In this document: positions 43,349-54,516 of the stretch, in pieces | Layout of the letters: each line of letters begins with the position of its first letter | Position numbering within the stretch: the stretch's first letter is position 1 | DNA from: Burkholderiaceae bacterium | Lineage (GTDB): Bacteria; Pseudomonadota; Gammaproteobacteria; Burkholderiales; Burkholderiaceae_C | NCBI GenBank assembly: GCA_035559275.1 | Contig: DATMBN010000048.1 | Location: 998 to 64,997, forward strand | Reading direction: 5' to 3' | Length of the DNA stretch: 64,000 bases | The notes under the pieces: generated by a model | What the model saw: the letters and a program-made list of their open reading frames with translations, nothing else | What the model was told of the DNA's origin: nothing | Databases searched by the model: none | Translations under genes and position numbers: made by a program

Positions 43349-44617
43349 ATGATGAGCATGTTCGACAAGGCATGGGTCGCCCCTCTGACGCTGCTTCCCG
43401 TTCCCTGGGGGCGGCAATGGGTCGGCCGCAGGAGCGCAGGCGGAGGGGGAAAGGTCGCCCCGCGCGCCGAACGCCAGTTGCTGATCGATGTCTCCGTCAT
43501 CGTTCGCGAGGATGCGCGTACGGGCATCCAGCGTGTCGTGCGGGCGTTGCTGATGCAACTGCTGGAGCACCCCCCTGCGGGCTGGACCATACGCCTGGTC
43601 CGCGCGACCAAGTACCGCGACTACCGTCTCGCACCGGCCCTGAACGGGCTGCCAGAACAATGCGGTGCGGGCGCCCCGCTCGAGGTCAGGCCCGGCGACC
43701 TCTTCCTCGGTCTGGATCTCGCTGCGCACCTCGTGCCGCGGCACTTCGGCCAGTTGGCGCGATGGAAGAAGCAGGGCGTCAACTTCTATTTCATGGTCTA
43801 CGACCTGCTGCCGCTGTTGCAGCCGCAATGGTTCAACCCTCGCACGCAGCGTCACTTTGCGCGGTGGCTGCACAGCGTCGCCCTGCTGGCCGACGGTGCC
43901 ATCTGCATCTCCCGCGCGGTGAGGGACGAACTGGAGCAGGAACTGGCCGGGCGCTACCACCTGCCGAAGCACAGCATCGCGCTGCATCACATCCATCTGG
44001 GTGCGGACCTGCATACCAGCGCACCGAGCCGAGGTCTGCCGCACGCCTTCGATGTCTGGCTCGACGACCTCACGCAGCGACCGACCGTCCTGATGGTCGG
44101 CACGCTCGAACCTCGGAAGGGTCACGCCCAGGCATTGGGTGCTTTTGAACTGTTATGGGGTCAGGGGCACGACGTCAACCTGGTCATCGCCGGCAAGCCG
44201 GGGTGGAAGGTGGACGGGCTGTTGGCCTCACTCCGAGGACATCCCGAACTGGGCAAACGTCTGCACTGGCTGGAGCAGCCTTCGGACGAAACCCTGGACG
44301 CGCTGTACCGGCGAACGACCGGCGTGTTGATGGCGTCGGAGGCGGAAGGTTTCGGCCTTCCGCTGGTCGAGGCCGCAAGCTACGGCAAGCCGGTCTTGGC
44401 TCGCGACACGCCCGTATTCCGTGAAGTAGGCGCGAACGCCGCGCACTATTTCAGCGGCCGCCAGCCGCGCGATCTCGCCACGGCCCTTGCAGAATGGCTG
44501 GGATTGGGCGCACGGCAGCCCTGCAAACACGGTGTCATCCCCTGGCAGACGTGGGCGGACAGTGCCCGCCAGTTGGTGTCCTGCCTCCCGGTCGACATCC
44601 GCGAAAGATCACAATGA
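43349..44617 (+). CDS. Glycosyltransferase family 4
   Basis: TGIQRVV, VGTLEPRKG, SEAEGFGLPLVEA; start inferred from the GGAGG SD. Confidence 0.9.
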   Translation: MMSMFDKAWVAPLTLLPVPWGRQWVGRRSAGGGGKVAPRAERQLLIDVSVIVREDARTGIQRVVRALLMQLLEHPPAGWTIRLVRATKYRDYRLAPALNGLPEQCGAGAPLEVRPGDLFLGLDLAAHLVPRHFGQLARWKKQGVNFYFMVYDLLPLLQPQWFNPRTQRHFARWLHSVALLADGAICISRAVRDELEQELAGRYHLPKHSIALHHIHLGADLHTSAPSRGLPHAFDVWLDDLTQRPTVLMVGTLEPRKGHAQALGAFELLWGQGHDVNLVIAGKPGWKVDGLLASLRGHPELGKRLHWLEQPSDETLDALYRRTTGVLMASEAEGFGLPLVEAASYGKPVLARDTPVFREVGANAAHYFSGRQPRDLATALAEWLGLGARQPCKHGVIPWQTWADSARQLVSCLPVDIRERSQ

Positions 44618-45786
44618 GTTCCTTGCCCCCGTTCCTCTTGATGCGACTTTCCGCCCCCCTGTTGGTCTTCTCGGCCCTGGCCGGGTGCGCCAATTTCGGT
44701 GTTCCCAACAGTGGGCCCACGCGGAATGAAGTCGCCGAAGCGACGCGAGAGACCAGCGGCATACAGATCGTCGATGTGACAGACAACGTCGCGCGGCAGT
44801 TGTTGGCCCAGCGCCGCCAGGACGCCTTTGCCGAATCCCTCGGCTCACCGACCGTGCTGCCTGGCACGGTGGCCGCTGGCGACGTCCTCGAAGTCAGCGT
44901 GTGGGAGGCTCCCCCCGCGACCCTTTTTGGCACTACGCTCGTGGAAGCGCGGGCCACGGCCGCCCAGGGCAGCCGGCCTACCACGTTGCCCGAGCAGGTG
45001 GTCAGCAGCGAGGGGACCATCAACGTGCCGTTCGCGGGGGCCGTGCCCGTCGCCGGACGGACACTGCCGCAGATCGAAGCCGAGATCGCCCGCCGCCTGG
45101 CAGGCAAGGCGAATCAGCCGCAAGTCCTCGTACGACTGACCCGCAATTCGACCGCCAACGTCACGGTCGTGGGCGAGGTCGGTCAAAGCACCCGACTGCC
45201 CCTGACACCGAAGGGGGAGCGCTTGCTCGATGCGCTGGCCGCCGCCGGAGGAGTGAGGCAGCCCGTCAACAAGGTGACGGTGCAGGTCACCCGGGGCCAG
45301 AACGTCTACTCGATGCCCCTTGAAGCCGTGATTCGCGATCCCCGGCAGAACATCGTGCTCCAGCCCGGCGACGTGGTGACCGCGCTCTTCCAGCCCCTCA
45401 GCTTCACGGCGCTGGGCGCCACGGGGCGAAACGAGGAAATCAACTTCGAAGCCGGCGGCATCACCTTGGCTCAGGCACTGGCACGAGCGGGGGGCCTCAA
45501 CGACATGCGTGCCGACTCGCAGGGCGTGTTCATCTTTCGCCTGGAATCGGCCAACGCCTTGGCTTGGCAAACCCCGCCGCGCACCACGCCTGATGGCCGA
45601 GTGCCGGTCGTCTATCGGCTCGACCTCAAGGATCCGGGCAGCTTCTTCGTGGCGCAGAGCTTTCCCATCAGCAACAAGGACATCGTGTATGTCTCCAACG
45701 CGCCCGCAGCTGAACTGCAGAAGTTCCTCAACGTGATCACGTCGGTCGTGTATCCGGCCATCGGCATCATCAATCTGACCCGTTGA
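44614..45786 (+). CDS. Outer-membrane polysaccharide export lipoprotein (OPX; CtrA/BexD/WcbC family)
   Basis: Lipobox LAGC, PNSGP, GDVLEVSVWE, GTINVPFAG. Confidence 0.93.
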   Translation: MSSLPPFLLMRLSAPLLVFSALAGCANFGVPNSGPTRNEVAEATRETSGIQIVDVTDNVARQLLAQRRQDAFAESLGSPTVLPGTVAAGDVLEVSVWEAPPATLFGTTLVEARATAAQGSRPTTLPEQVVSSEGTINVPFAGAVPVAGRTLPQIEAEIARRLAGKANQPQVLVRLTRNSTANVTVVGEVGQSTRLPLTPKGERLLDALAAAGGVRQPVNKVTVQVTRGQNVYSMPLEAVIRDPRQNIVLQPGDVVTALFQPLSFTALGATGRNEEINFEAGGITLAQALARAGGLNDMRADSQGVFIFRLESANALAWQTPPRTTPDGRVPVVYRLDLKDPGSFFVAQSFPISNKDIVYVSNAPAAELQKFLNVITSVVYPAIGIINLTR

Positions 45787-45808
45787 GGATGCAAGACCAG
45801 GACGAGCC

Positions 45809-48271
45809 GTGAGGACACTGTTCTACCTGCATCCGGCGGTTCTCCCTGGGGGACCCGAGTTCAACTCGGGCTGGACGAAGCTGTTCGTGGACATGCTGTC
45901 CACGCTGGAAAGCACATTCCCTGGCGACAGTTTGCTGGTTACGGGCTCCAGGTTCGGAAGCATTGCGCAGGAAGCGGGCGTGGGCGACAGGGTGCGGCTT
46001 CTCAGCGAACACGACCTCCTCGCCAAGGTGAGAAGTGCTTCGCCTGCCGCGGCGGTGCCTGGAGTGTTCGCGCGGCTCGCAAGGACGGAGAAAAGCGCTG
46101 CGCACCCGGCGCTCGCGATCCTGGCCGGCGAGACGCGCCGCGCCTGCGGCGATTTCCAGCCGGACTTGATCGTTTCGTTCAGCATGCCCTGCTTCTTCCT
46201 CAGGGATGTATGGCCGGACGCGGTTTGCATGACCGCCGAAGCTGGCGCGTTCTCGAGATCGCCCTTTCCGTTCAGCCTGTTCTTCGACCACCAAGGGATG
46301 TACCGCGAGTCGGGCGCAGCGCGCTATCGGCTTGAACACTACCGCGCGGCCGACCGCGAGGAAATGCTTTCGGTAGCCCGGGAGTTTCGCGAGAGGAGTG
46401 GCGCACTGCTACAGGCCCAGGATCCCTTTTCGAGCTTCGGCTTTCGTCATCGATACGAGCGCCTGGTGCTGTTGCCGCTGCAGGTCTCTGGCTGGTATTC
46501 GTTCGACGAACAGGCCCCGTACGGCACGCAGTTCGAGTACCTGCATGACGCGCTTAGTGGCCTGCCGGAGGAGATCGGGGTGCTGGTGTCCGAGTACATA
46601 CAGTGGGGTCCGGTCTTGCTCGACGAAGGGTCGAACCGAAACCTCCAGTACCTTCGTGATCGCTTTCCGAATCTGATCTTCCACAGGAGGTTCAGGCAAT
46701 ACGCGTCGCCCTCGCAGTACCTCGTGCATCACGTGGACGGTGTCTGGACTCAATCCTCCAACCTGGGATATCAAGCGCTGCTGTGGGGAAAGCGGTTAGG
46801 CACGACCTCGCAGACCCACCTGCGTAACGTCGCCCACGACCTTTCCCTGCGTTCCTTCGCCCGCAACGTTCTGAGTGGGGAAAAGCCAGGAAATCACGAA
46901 GAGTATCTCGCCTGGTACCTTCAGCACTACGCAGTGCCACAGCCTCTCCTTCGCGACCCCGCCCTCTTGCGCGACTACCTCCAGCGGCGGGTTGCAGCCG
47001 CCCGAACCGAGGCGCAACCCTCGCCAGCCTCCTTCGTTCCGGTGGCTCCAGCGGGAGCCATGAAGGATGCGTGGATGGGCGCGTTCGCATCGGAGCCTGG
47101 CGGCGCGGAACGATGGCATGTGCCGAGCAGCCGTGCGTTGGCGCGGTTCGCACAGTCGGAGGCCGCGCTCGCGCACGCCCAGGCTCTTACGTTGGCGATC
47201 AGGAGCCAGCCCGCGAAGCCGCGCGCTCCCCGTTACATCCTCCTCAACGACACTCGTTCGATCGACGGAATGTTGCACCTTGGGTGCAACATCGTGACGG
47301 AGCATATTCACCAGCGGATGCGGTCGCTGGGATTGACCCTGCACGGGAGCGCCAACACCGGGGACGAGTGCCGGGCGCTGATGGAGGATCCGCTCTTTCC
47401 CGACGTGTGCGTGGTGGTGCTCAATGGTGAAGGAAGCGTCCACCATGACAGCCAACGCATGGTCGAACTTTTCGACTTCTGTGGGGCGATGCGGAACAGG
47501 GGCGTTCCATGTGTCCTGATCAATTCGGTCTGGCACGAAAACACCTCGGTCCTTGGCAGCCGCCTTGGATGCTTCGAGCTCGTAGCGGTAAGGGAGTCCA
47601 TCAGCCTGGAAGCGGCCCGGATGTGGCGCACCGACGCACGCGTGGTGCCGGACCTCTCCTTCGCCGCCTTCCGTGCGGCCACCGCTGGATTCGACGTATC
47701 GCCTGCGGCTTGGCCGCCTTCGCGCTATGCGGTCATCGACAGTGTCTACCGGGATCGCACGGAGGCGCTGGTGGACTTCGCCGATTTTCACGAAGTCCCG
47801 ATGTATTTGATGGGTCGCCTCCATGCAGACCTGCTGCTGAACTCGGTCCACTGGAGCCAGCATCTGCACGGCGAAGGGATTTTCCCGCGCATCCTCAAGA
47901 GTTCGACCGAGTTGGGATCCGCGCAGGCGTGCGTCACGGGGCGTTTCCATGGATTGGCAGCCGGCCTCGTGGCGGGGGTACCGACCGTCGCACTCGGCTC
48001 CAACACACCCAAAATCGAGGGGGTTCTCGGAGACATCGGTATCTCCGAGGCAAGCCTGCTCGACGAAGATTGGTGCCGGATGAGCAACCCGGAGCGGGCA
48101 GAGGCCGTCGAGCGGTTGATCGACCGATGGAACACCAGGACGCGTGCCGCCGTTGTGTCGTACATCGACAAGGCTGTCTCGGAGGTGGACGACCTCTTCC
48201 GCTCCATTGGACAGATGCTGGGGCGCCAGCAGCTTGACGCCTCGTGGCAGCCGGGGGCGATCTCGAAATGA
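45809..48271 (+). CDS. Fusion of a KpsC/KpsS-like (capsule synthesis) domain and a polysaccharide pyruvyltransferase
   Basis: N-half EAGAFSRS...SLFFDHQGMY, LPLQV, SSNLGYQALLWGK; C-half (from ~47231) NDT...HLGC, NGEGSVHH, VRESIS, VPDLSF, TGRFHG. Confidence 0.75.
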   Translation: MRTLFYLHPAVLPGGPEFNSGWTKLFVDMLSTLESTFPGDSLLVTGSRFGSIAQEAGVGDRVRLLSEHDLLAKVRSASPAAAVPGVFARLARTEKSAAHPALAILAGETRRACGDFQPDLIVSFSMPCFFLRDVWPDAVCMTAEAGAFSRSPFPFSLFFDHQGMYRESGAARYRLEHYRAADREEMLSVAREFRERSGALLQAQDPFSSFGFRHRYERLVLLPLQVSGWYSFDEQAPYGTQFEYLHDALSGLPEEIGVLVSEYIQWGPVLLDEGSNRNLQYLRDRFPNLIFHRRFRQYASPSQYLVHHVDGVWTQSSNLGYQALLWGKRLGTTSQTHLRNVAHDLSLRSFARNVLSGEKPGNHEEYLAWYLQHYAVPQPLLRDPALLRDYLQRRVAAARTEAQPSPASFVPVAPAGAMKDAWMGAFASEPGGAERWHVPSSRALARFAQSEAALAHAQALTLAIRSQPAKPRAPRYILLNDTRSIDGMLHLGCNIVTEHIHQRMRSLGLTLHGSANTGDECRALMEDPLFPDVCVVVLNGEGSVHHDSQRMVELFDFCGAMRNRGVPCVLINSVWHENTSVLGSRLGCFELVAVRESISLEAARMWRTDARVVPDLSFAAFRAATAGFDVSPAAWPPSRYAVIDSVYRDRTEALVDFADFHEVPMYLMGRLHADLLLNSVHWSQHLHGEGIFPRILKSSTELGSAQACVTGRFHGLAAGLVAGVPTVALGSNTPKIEGVLGDIGISEASLLDEDWCRMSNPERAEAVERLIDRWNTRTRAAVVSYIDKAVSEVDDLFRSIGQMLGRQQLDASWQPGAISK

Positions 48272-51200
48272 AAATCTCCTACGCACAGAACTTTGAGGAC
48301 GTTCTGCTCGCGCGAGCGCTAAAACACGTCGAGAAAGGCTTCTATATCGACGTGGGTGCGCAGCACCCTGTCGTCGACTCGGTCAGCATGGCGTTCTATG
48401 AAATGGGATGGCGCGGATTGCACATCGAGCCTGTCCCTCAGTACGCCGCCCTGCTACGGGAGCACCGCCCCGACGAGACAGTGTTGCAGGTCGTCGTGGC
48501 GGCCAACGGGGGGGCCCGCACCCTGTACGAGTTCCCTGATACCGGTCTGTCCACCATGGACGCCGAAATCGCGGAGCGACACCGTAAGGCCGGCTATCGC
48601 GCCAACGAGATCACTGTGGCGGCCCTGCCTCTCGCATCCATCCTTGACTCCATCGGTGAGAAGGAGGTGCATTGGCTCAAGATAGATGTAGAGGGTGCAG
48701 AAGAAGAGGTGCTGAGGAGCTGGGCGCCATCAACGGTTCGACCATGGATTGTTGTCGTTGAAAGCACATTACCCCTGAGACCCGAGCAGAGTCATGAGCA
48801 GTGGGAGCCCGTTCTCCAGGAGTACGGCTATGTGTTTACGTTCTTTGACGGACTCAATCGCTACTATGTCGCGGAGGGGCACCCGGAATTACGGACGGCG
48901 CTCAGCACTCCCGCCAATGTCTTTGATGGGTTCCAGCTGAGCGGGACTTCAAGTTGGTCGCGGTGCGCAGACATCGAGACCCGATTTCGCGAGCAACTGA
49001 GCGATCTCGAAAAGGCCCATCAAACTCATCTGGAAAGCGTCCACGCTGAGAGAGCCGCGCTTCAACAGCTGCTCGACGAGCAGGCATCACGTTCCCAGTG
49101 GCAGGATGAGGAGATCTCCACGCTAAGAAGCGAACTCGCGAAGCTGGCAACGGATCTCCGGGCAGGGCACGAACACCAGCAAGCGTTGGAGTCGGAACTG
49201 GCGCGCGCGCGCTCAGAGCGGCTTCGTGCCGAGCAGGAGGCCAAGGAGCGCAGCGCCACACTAGAAGAGCAACTGAGCCGCACCTTAGAAGCGCTCCGCT
49301 CTCAGACCAAGGCCCAGAGTTACGCTTTGGCGCTGACCCGACGACTCGTCGCGAATCAGCAGGCGCAGCTTTCCGAGATGGCGCGGGCGCACCTTCAACG
49401 CGAGCAAGACATGCGTAGACGGTTCGAGGCGCAACTCGACGAACTCACTAGACGCTTGAACACCCAGTCGGCGCAGTCAGAAGCCGTACTGTCTGCTCTG
49501 AGGGCACAAGCGGAAGCGCACAACTTCGCTCAGCAGCAGATCGACGCCCGGCTGGCTTGCTTGCACGAGCGAATCGAAGCACAACGCTCTGCGCGGACGG
49601 GCTCCCTATTGGGGCGCTTCTTGCGAGGGACTGGAAGCGGCTCTTCCCGCTCCGAGAACTGTATAGAGGCTGCGGGCGAAGTTCGTTTTCCTCCGGCCTC
49701 CGCAGTCTCTGACGCCGTGCCTCCAGCTCTCTCTCGGCCGCCCCAACTCCGAACGACCAACTCTTCTGAGCTGGCCTCTGCAGCGGAAGGAACATCGGGT
49801 GAAATCGAAGCTGTCGCAAATGAAGAGCCGGATATGCGACGTGGAACGGAAAATATGCTCATGGGTACTCGAGAAGAGTTTTTGACCTCAGCCTACACTC
49901 AACTTCTCGGCAGGGAACCTGATCCGGAAGGCTGGCGCTACTACTTAGATCGTCTGAACTCGGGGCACTCGCGGGTGTCGGTGGTAAGCCAGCTGCTCAG
50001 ATCACCCGAATACCGGTCTCGTCGTTTTCCAGTCCACTCGGCCCCAATATCCGTCTACCTCGAAAAGTTGAGCGACTTGCCGTTGGTAGGTCACCTGTTT
50101 GCAGCGATCAATCTGGTGATCTACGGGACCGGCCGCTGGACTGCATGTTCGTCCGGCGTTAGCACCGCACCTCAAAGCCCCCACGAAAACTATCATCTCG
50201 ATGATCTCCTGGCCCTGAGTGACAAGGCTTTCCTGGAAGAGGTCTACAAGCTCTTCCTTCGGCGAGAAGTCGACGGGCCTGGCGCGGCGCACTACGAAAG
50301 CAGGCTCAAAGAGGTGGGGCGTGTGCCGGTTCTTCTGGATATCTATTTTTCCTCAGAAGCACGGAAGCTAGGCAACAGCTACCAGATCCAGGGAGCGCGC
50401 GCGGCGCAATTTCTTCGGAAACTATTCTTCCCTAAAAGGTCCCGGCGGAACACGCCGAACAACGCGCCCCCGCTTAAAGCTGGGCGATTGGTCGGCCCAT
50501 CTTCGGCGAAGGAGTGGGAAAGAGAAAACCTAAAACCGACGGCTGCAGTCCCTTGGCGCGTGGAACGGAGCGGTGAAACCAGAACGAAGAACGTTCTGCT
50601 TCTCACCACCTACCCGATTCGGACTCCACGCCACGGAGGACAGCATAGGGCTGCGAACATCGCCGAGCACTATACGAGCGCAGGGTTTACTGTCTATCCA
50701 GCAGGGGTGCTGGGAAGCGATTCATATACGCTAGAACCTGGGTTCGACTTATTTCCTACCCATCAACGCCTAGCTCACTACATCGAGCAGCCCTTCTTGA
50801 TGGAAGATTGGGCGATCGGCCAGATGTATGCCGGCGATACTCATGCCTTTGAAAGGCTATGCCACCTTATCCCTGTAAAGCCAGACATCATTCATGTTGA
50901 GCAACCCTGGTTAGTTGCTTTCGCCAACAAGTTCAACCAAGAACATTGCCACCGACAAGCCAAGCTAATATACGGCTCCCAAAACATCGAGTCCACGTTA
51001 AAGGAGGGCATCGTCCGGCAGTATCGGGGCACCCAAGCAGCGGAAGATTCCCGGCATCGCGTTCATCTCACAGAACTGTCCGCCATTTCTGTATCTGATG
51101 CGGTTGTCTGCGTTTCCGAGCATGACGCTCGATGGATACAAGAACGAAAAGCCGCCCGGGTTGTGCTAGCACCGAACGGTGTGGCGGACAGCAGCCCCGA

Positions 51201-51789
51201 TTTTTTCGCGATTCGCAAAGCAGCAGAAATCGCAGGAAACCACCAATACGCTCTATATTGCGCCAGCGCGCATCCACCTAATATTTCTGGGTTTCTTGAG
51301 CTTCTTGGCGGAGGTTTAGGATCGCTTTCACCCCGCCAGAAGATCATCATTGTCGGCAGTGCTGGACCTCACATTGCCAACTCCGAAACAGCAAGAAAAT
51401 CTCGGAGCCTATCAAATGCACTGATAGTCGCTGGCGAACAGGATTTGTCTATACTTTCCGCCCTCATCAGTGGAGCGCACTGTATGTTGCTACCCATAAC
51501 ACTCGGAGGCGGAACCAATCTAAAAACAGCGGAGGCGCTGTGGGCAGGCAAGCACATCGTCGCCACCTCGAAGGCTCTCCGAGGATTTGAATCGTATATT
51601 GATGCCCCAGGCGTTCGCATTGCGGACGACGCACCATCGTACAAAAGAGCGCTATTCGATGCGATGCAGGAAGCGCCTCTTTGCCTAGACGAGAGCGAGC
51701 GCCACCGGCGCCAGGCGTTGTTGTGGTCGCACGCCTTAGCTCCGCTGCGAGAACTTGCACGCGCACTAATCGAGCAAAAGGTGGACTGA
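48268..51789 (+). CDS. FkbM methyltransferase - coiled coil - 2x DUF4214-like - GT4-like glycosyltransferase fusion
   Basis: SYAQNFED, FYIDVGAQHP, LKIDVEGAE; heptad-rich segment at residues ~236-443; two AY-x-x-LLGREPD-like repeats; C-terminal GGGTNLKTAEAL. Confidence 0.88.
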   Translation: MKISYAQNFEDVLLARALKHVEKGFYIDVGAQHPVVDSVSMAFYEMGWRGLHIEPVPQYAALLREHRPDETVLQVVVAANGGARTLYEFPDTGLSTMDAEIAERHRKAGYRANEITVAALPLASILDSIGEKEVHWLKIDVEGAEEEVLRSWAPSTVRPWIVVVESTLPLRPEQSHEQWEPVLQEYGYVFTFFDGLNRYYVAEGHPELRTALSTPANVFDGFQLSGTSSWSRCADIETRFREQLSDLEKAHQTHLESVHAERAALQQLLDEQASRSQWQDEEISTLRSELAKLATDLRAGHEHQQALESELARARSERLRAEQEAKERSATLEEQLSRTLEALRSQTKAQSYALALTRRLVANQQAQLSEMARAHLQREQDMRRRFEAQLDELTRRLNTQSAQSEAVLSALRAQAEAHNFAQQQIDARLACLHERIEAQRSARTGSLLGRFLRGTGSGSSRSENCIEAAGEVRFPPASAVSDAVPPALSRPPQLRTTNSSELASAAEGTSGEIEAVANEEPDMRRGTENMLMGTREEFLTSAYTQLLGREPDPEGWRYYLDRLNSGHSRVSVVSQLLRSPEYRSRRFPVHSAPISVYLEKLSDLPLVGHLFAAINLVIYGTGRWTACSSGVSTAPQSPHENYHLDDLLALSDKAFLEEVYKLFLRREVDGPGAAHYESRLKEVGRVPVLLDIYFSSEARKLGNSYQIQGARAAQFLRKLFFPKRSRRNTPNNAPPLKAGRLVGPSSAKEWERENLKPTAAVPWRVERSGETRTKNVLLLTTYPIRTPRHGGQHRAANIAEHYTSAGFTVYPAGVLGSDSYTLEPGFDLFPTHQRLAHYIEQPFLMEDWAIGQMYAGDTHAFERLCHLIPVKPDIIHVEQPWLVAFANKFNQEHCHRQAKLIYGSQNIESTLKEGIVRQYRGTQAAEDSRHRVHLTELSAISVSDAVVCVSEHDARWIQERKAARVVLAPNGVADSSPDFFAIRKAAEIAGNHQYALYCASAHPPNISGFLELLGGGLGSLSPRQKIIIVGSAGPHIANSETARKSRSLSNALIVAGEQDLSILSALISGAHCMLLPITLGGGTNLKTAEALWAGKHIVATSKALRGFESYIDAPGVRIADDAPSYKRALFDAMQEAPLCLDESERHRRQALLWSHALAPLRELARALIEQKVD

Positions 51790-51790
51790 C

Positions 51791-53362
51791 ATGCCGACCA
51801 TTTGGTTCAATGTTACTAGCTCGCGTGACTGGAGGCGACCGGCCGTAGGCGTGATCCGGGTAGAGCGATCACTTATGACCGCGATCAGAAGGATTACCGA
51901 CCATCGCACCTTTAGGCTGTGCGCCTGGATGGGAAATGGCTTTGTTGAGGTACATGAGGTGGAAGGCGGTTTTGTACCGTCTCATCCGCCTCAGCCCGCG
52001 CCGCTTAGTCCTGGGGATGCGCTGATTTCCGTTGGGCTCGACTGGGATTCTCCTTATGTGTTTCATTTTCAGACTTTGCACGCGCGAGGAATTCGCGTCG
52101 TTACCTGCTGCTACGATTTGATACCAGTACTATTTCCCCAGTACTGCGTAGGAGAGGTCGCGCAACATTTCACAGACTACTTTATAAGTCTCGCCTGGAG
52201 TTCTAGTCTCATTCTATGCATTTCAAAGAGAAGTGAACAGGACTTGCGGGCCTTGTTGGAACGAGTGGGCGCACCAATCCCTCGAACCGCCGTCATTGAG
52301 CTTGGGGACAATGTACCTTCGGGGGATGAAGCCCTTTCGGAGGAAATTAGAACCGTGCTGGAGAAGCCGTACATCTTATTCGTCTCCACCATCGAGCGAA
52401 GAAAGAACCACGAAGTCCTCTACAGGGCATACCACTTGCTCGCCAGAACTGGTCGCATCGACAGAATGCCTAAACTGGTGTTTGTTGGAATGCCGGGCTG
52501 GGGGGTTGGCGACTTGATGAAAGACATTGAGCTCGACCCCCTCACCAGGGGCATGATTGTCCAGCTCAATCAGGTAAACGACAGTGAGCTCCGGGCTCTG
52601 TACGACAATGCGCAGTTTTGTGTGTACCCGTCGCTTTACGAGGGATGGGGATTGCCGGTGGGAGAGGCCCTGGCACTGGGAAAAGCCGTTGTCGCCTCGG
52701 ATCGAGGTTCTCTCCCAGAGGTTGGAGGAGATCTCGTTCAATATGTTGATCCCTGGGACCCGGAAGCCTGGGCGGAGACGATGTACGGACTGGCGACGAA
52801 CACTTCCTTGCTATCCACCCTGACCGATCGTGTCCGAGAGAATTACGTGCCCCGCAAGTGGGAGACGTGCGGCGAGGTCGTTTTGCGCGAACTCAGCAAC
52901 CTCCCTGACACCCCTAACACACTCCGGCTTTATCCGGGCTATCAGATGAGCACTCAGGTAGGCGTTCATCATGGGCCGCGCATTGTGGGCTTCGAAGAGG
53001 GTGGATTTCTCATGTTCGGCCCGCATTTGAGCCTACAGCCCAACAGGTATCGTGTAAAAATCTGGCATGAACCGCTCGCGGATGCAGTCGAGACGGCGTT
53101 TTGGGTCGATTTCGTGTCTGATCGCGGGTCGCGCTCCTACTATCGTCAAGAACTGAGCCTTAGTCCCGCACAGCAACATTGTAAAGAGGAAATTCTCTGC
53201 ACCTTCGAGATCGAAGTGCCCTTACCCGTCGAAGATTTCGAGATCCGCTGCTGGCTGACTAAGGGCAAGCTCTGCCTTTGCCGCGTAGAGGTGGACGCAA
53301 TCGGCGGGGTTGGCTTAGTAGACGCGGCCCAAGGAAAGCGAGTGACGATTGCGACTGATTGA
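51791..53362 (+). CDS. Glycosyltransferase family 4 with an extra C-terminal domain
   Basis: VSTIERRKNH and PSLYEGWGLPVGEAL; low GC. Confidence 0.88.
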   Translation: MPTIWFNVTSSRDWRRPAVGVIRVERSLMTAIRRITDHRTFRLCAWMGNGFVEVHEVEGGFVPSHPPQPAPLSPGDALISVGLDWDSPYVFHFQTLHARGIRVVTCCYDLIPVLFPQYCVGEVAQHFTDYFISLAWSSSLILCISKRSEQDLRALLERVGAPIPRTAVIELGDNVPSGDEALSEEIRTVLEKPYILFVSTIERRKNHEVLYRAYHLLARTGRIDRMPKLVFVGMPGWGVGDLMKDIELDPLTRGMIVQLNQVNDSELRALYDNAQFCVYPSLYEGWGLPVGEALALGKAVVASDRGSLPEVGGDLVQYVDPWDPEAWAETMYGLATNTSLLSTLTDRVRENYVPRKWETCGEVVLRELSNLPDTPNTLRLYPGYQMSTQVGVHHGPRIVGFEEGGFLMFGPHLSLQPNRYRVKIWHEPLADAVETAFWVDFVSDRGSRSYYRQELSLSPAQQHCKEEILCTFEIEVPLPVEDFEIRCWLTKGKLCLCRVEVDAIGGVGLVDAAQGKRVTIATD

Positions 53363-53420
53363 AGCGGTCGTTTATCCCGGCAACCGTTTAGCAGCTTCTG
53401 CTGTGTCATTTCCAAGGTAG

Positions 53421-54515
<1,095 letters not shown>

Positions 54516-54516
54516 C

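Noticed and set aside
43278-43352. 24-aa mini-ORF between kpsT and the GT4 gene
   Set aside because: Too short, with no features; likely an incidental coupling of overlapping stop and start codons.
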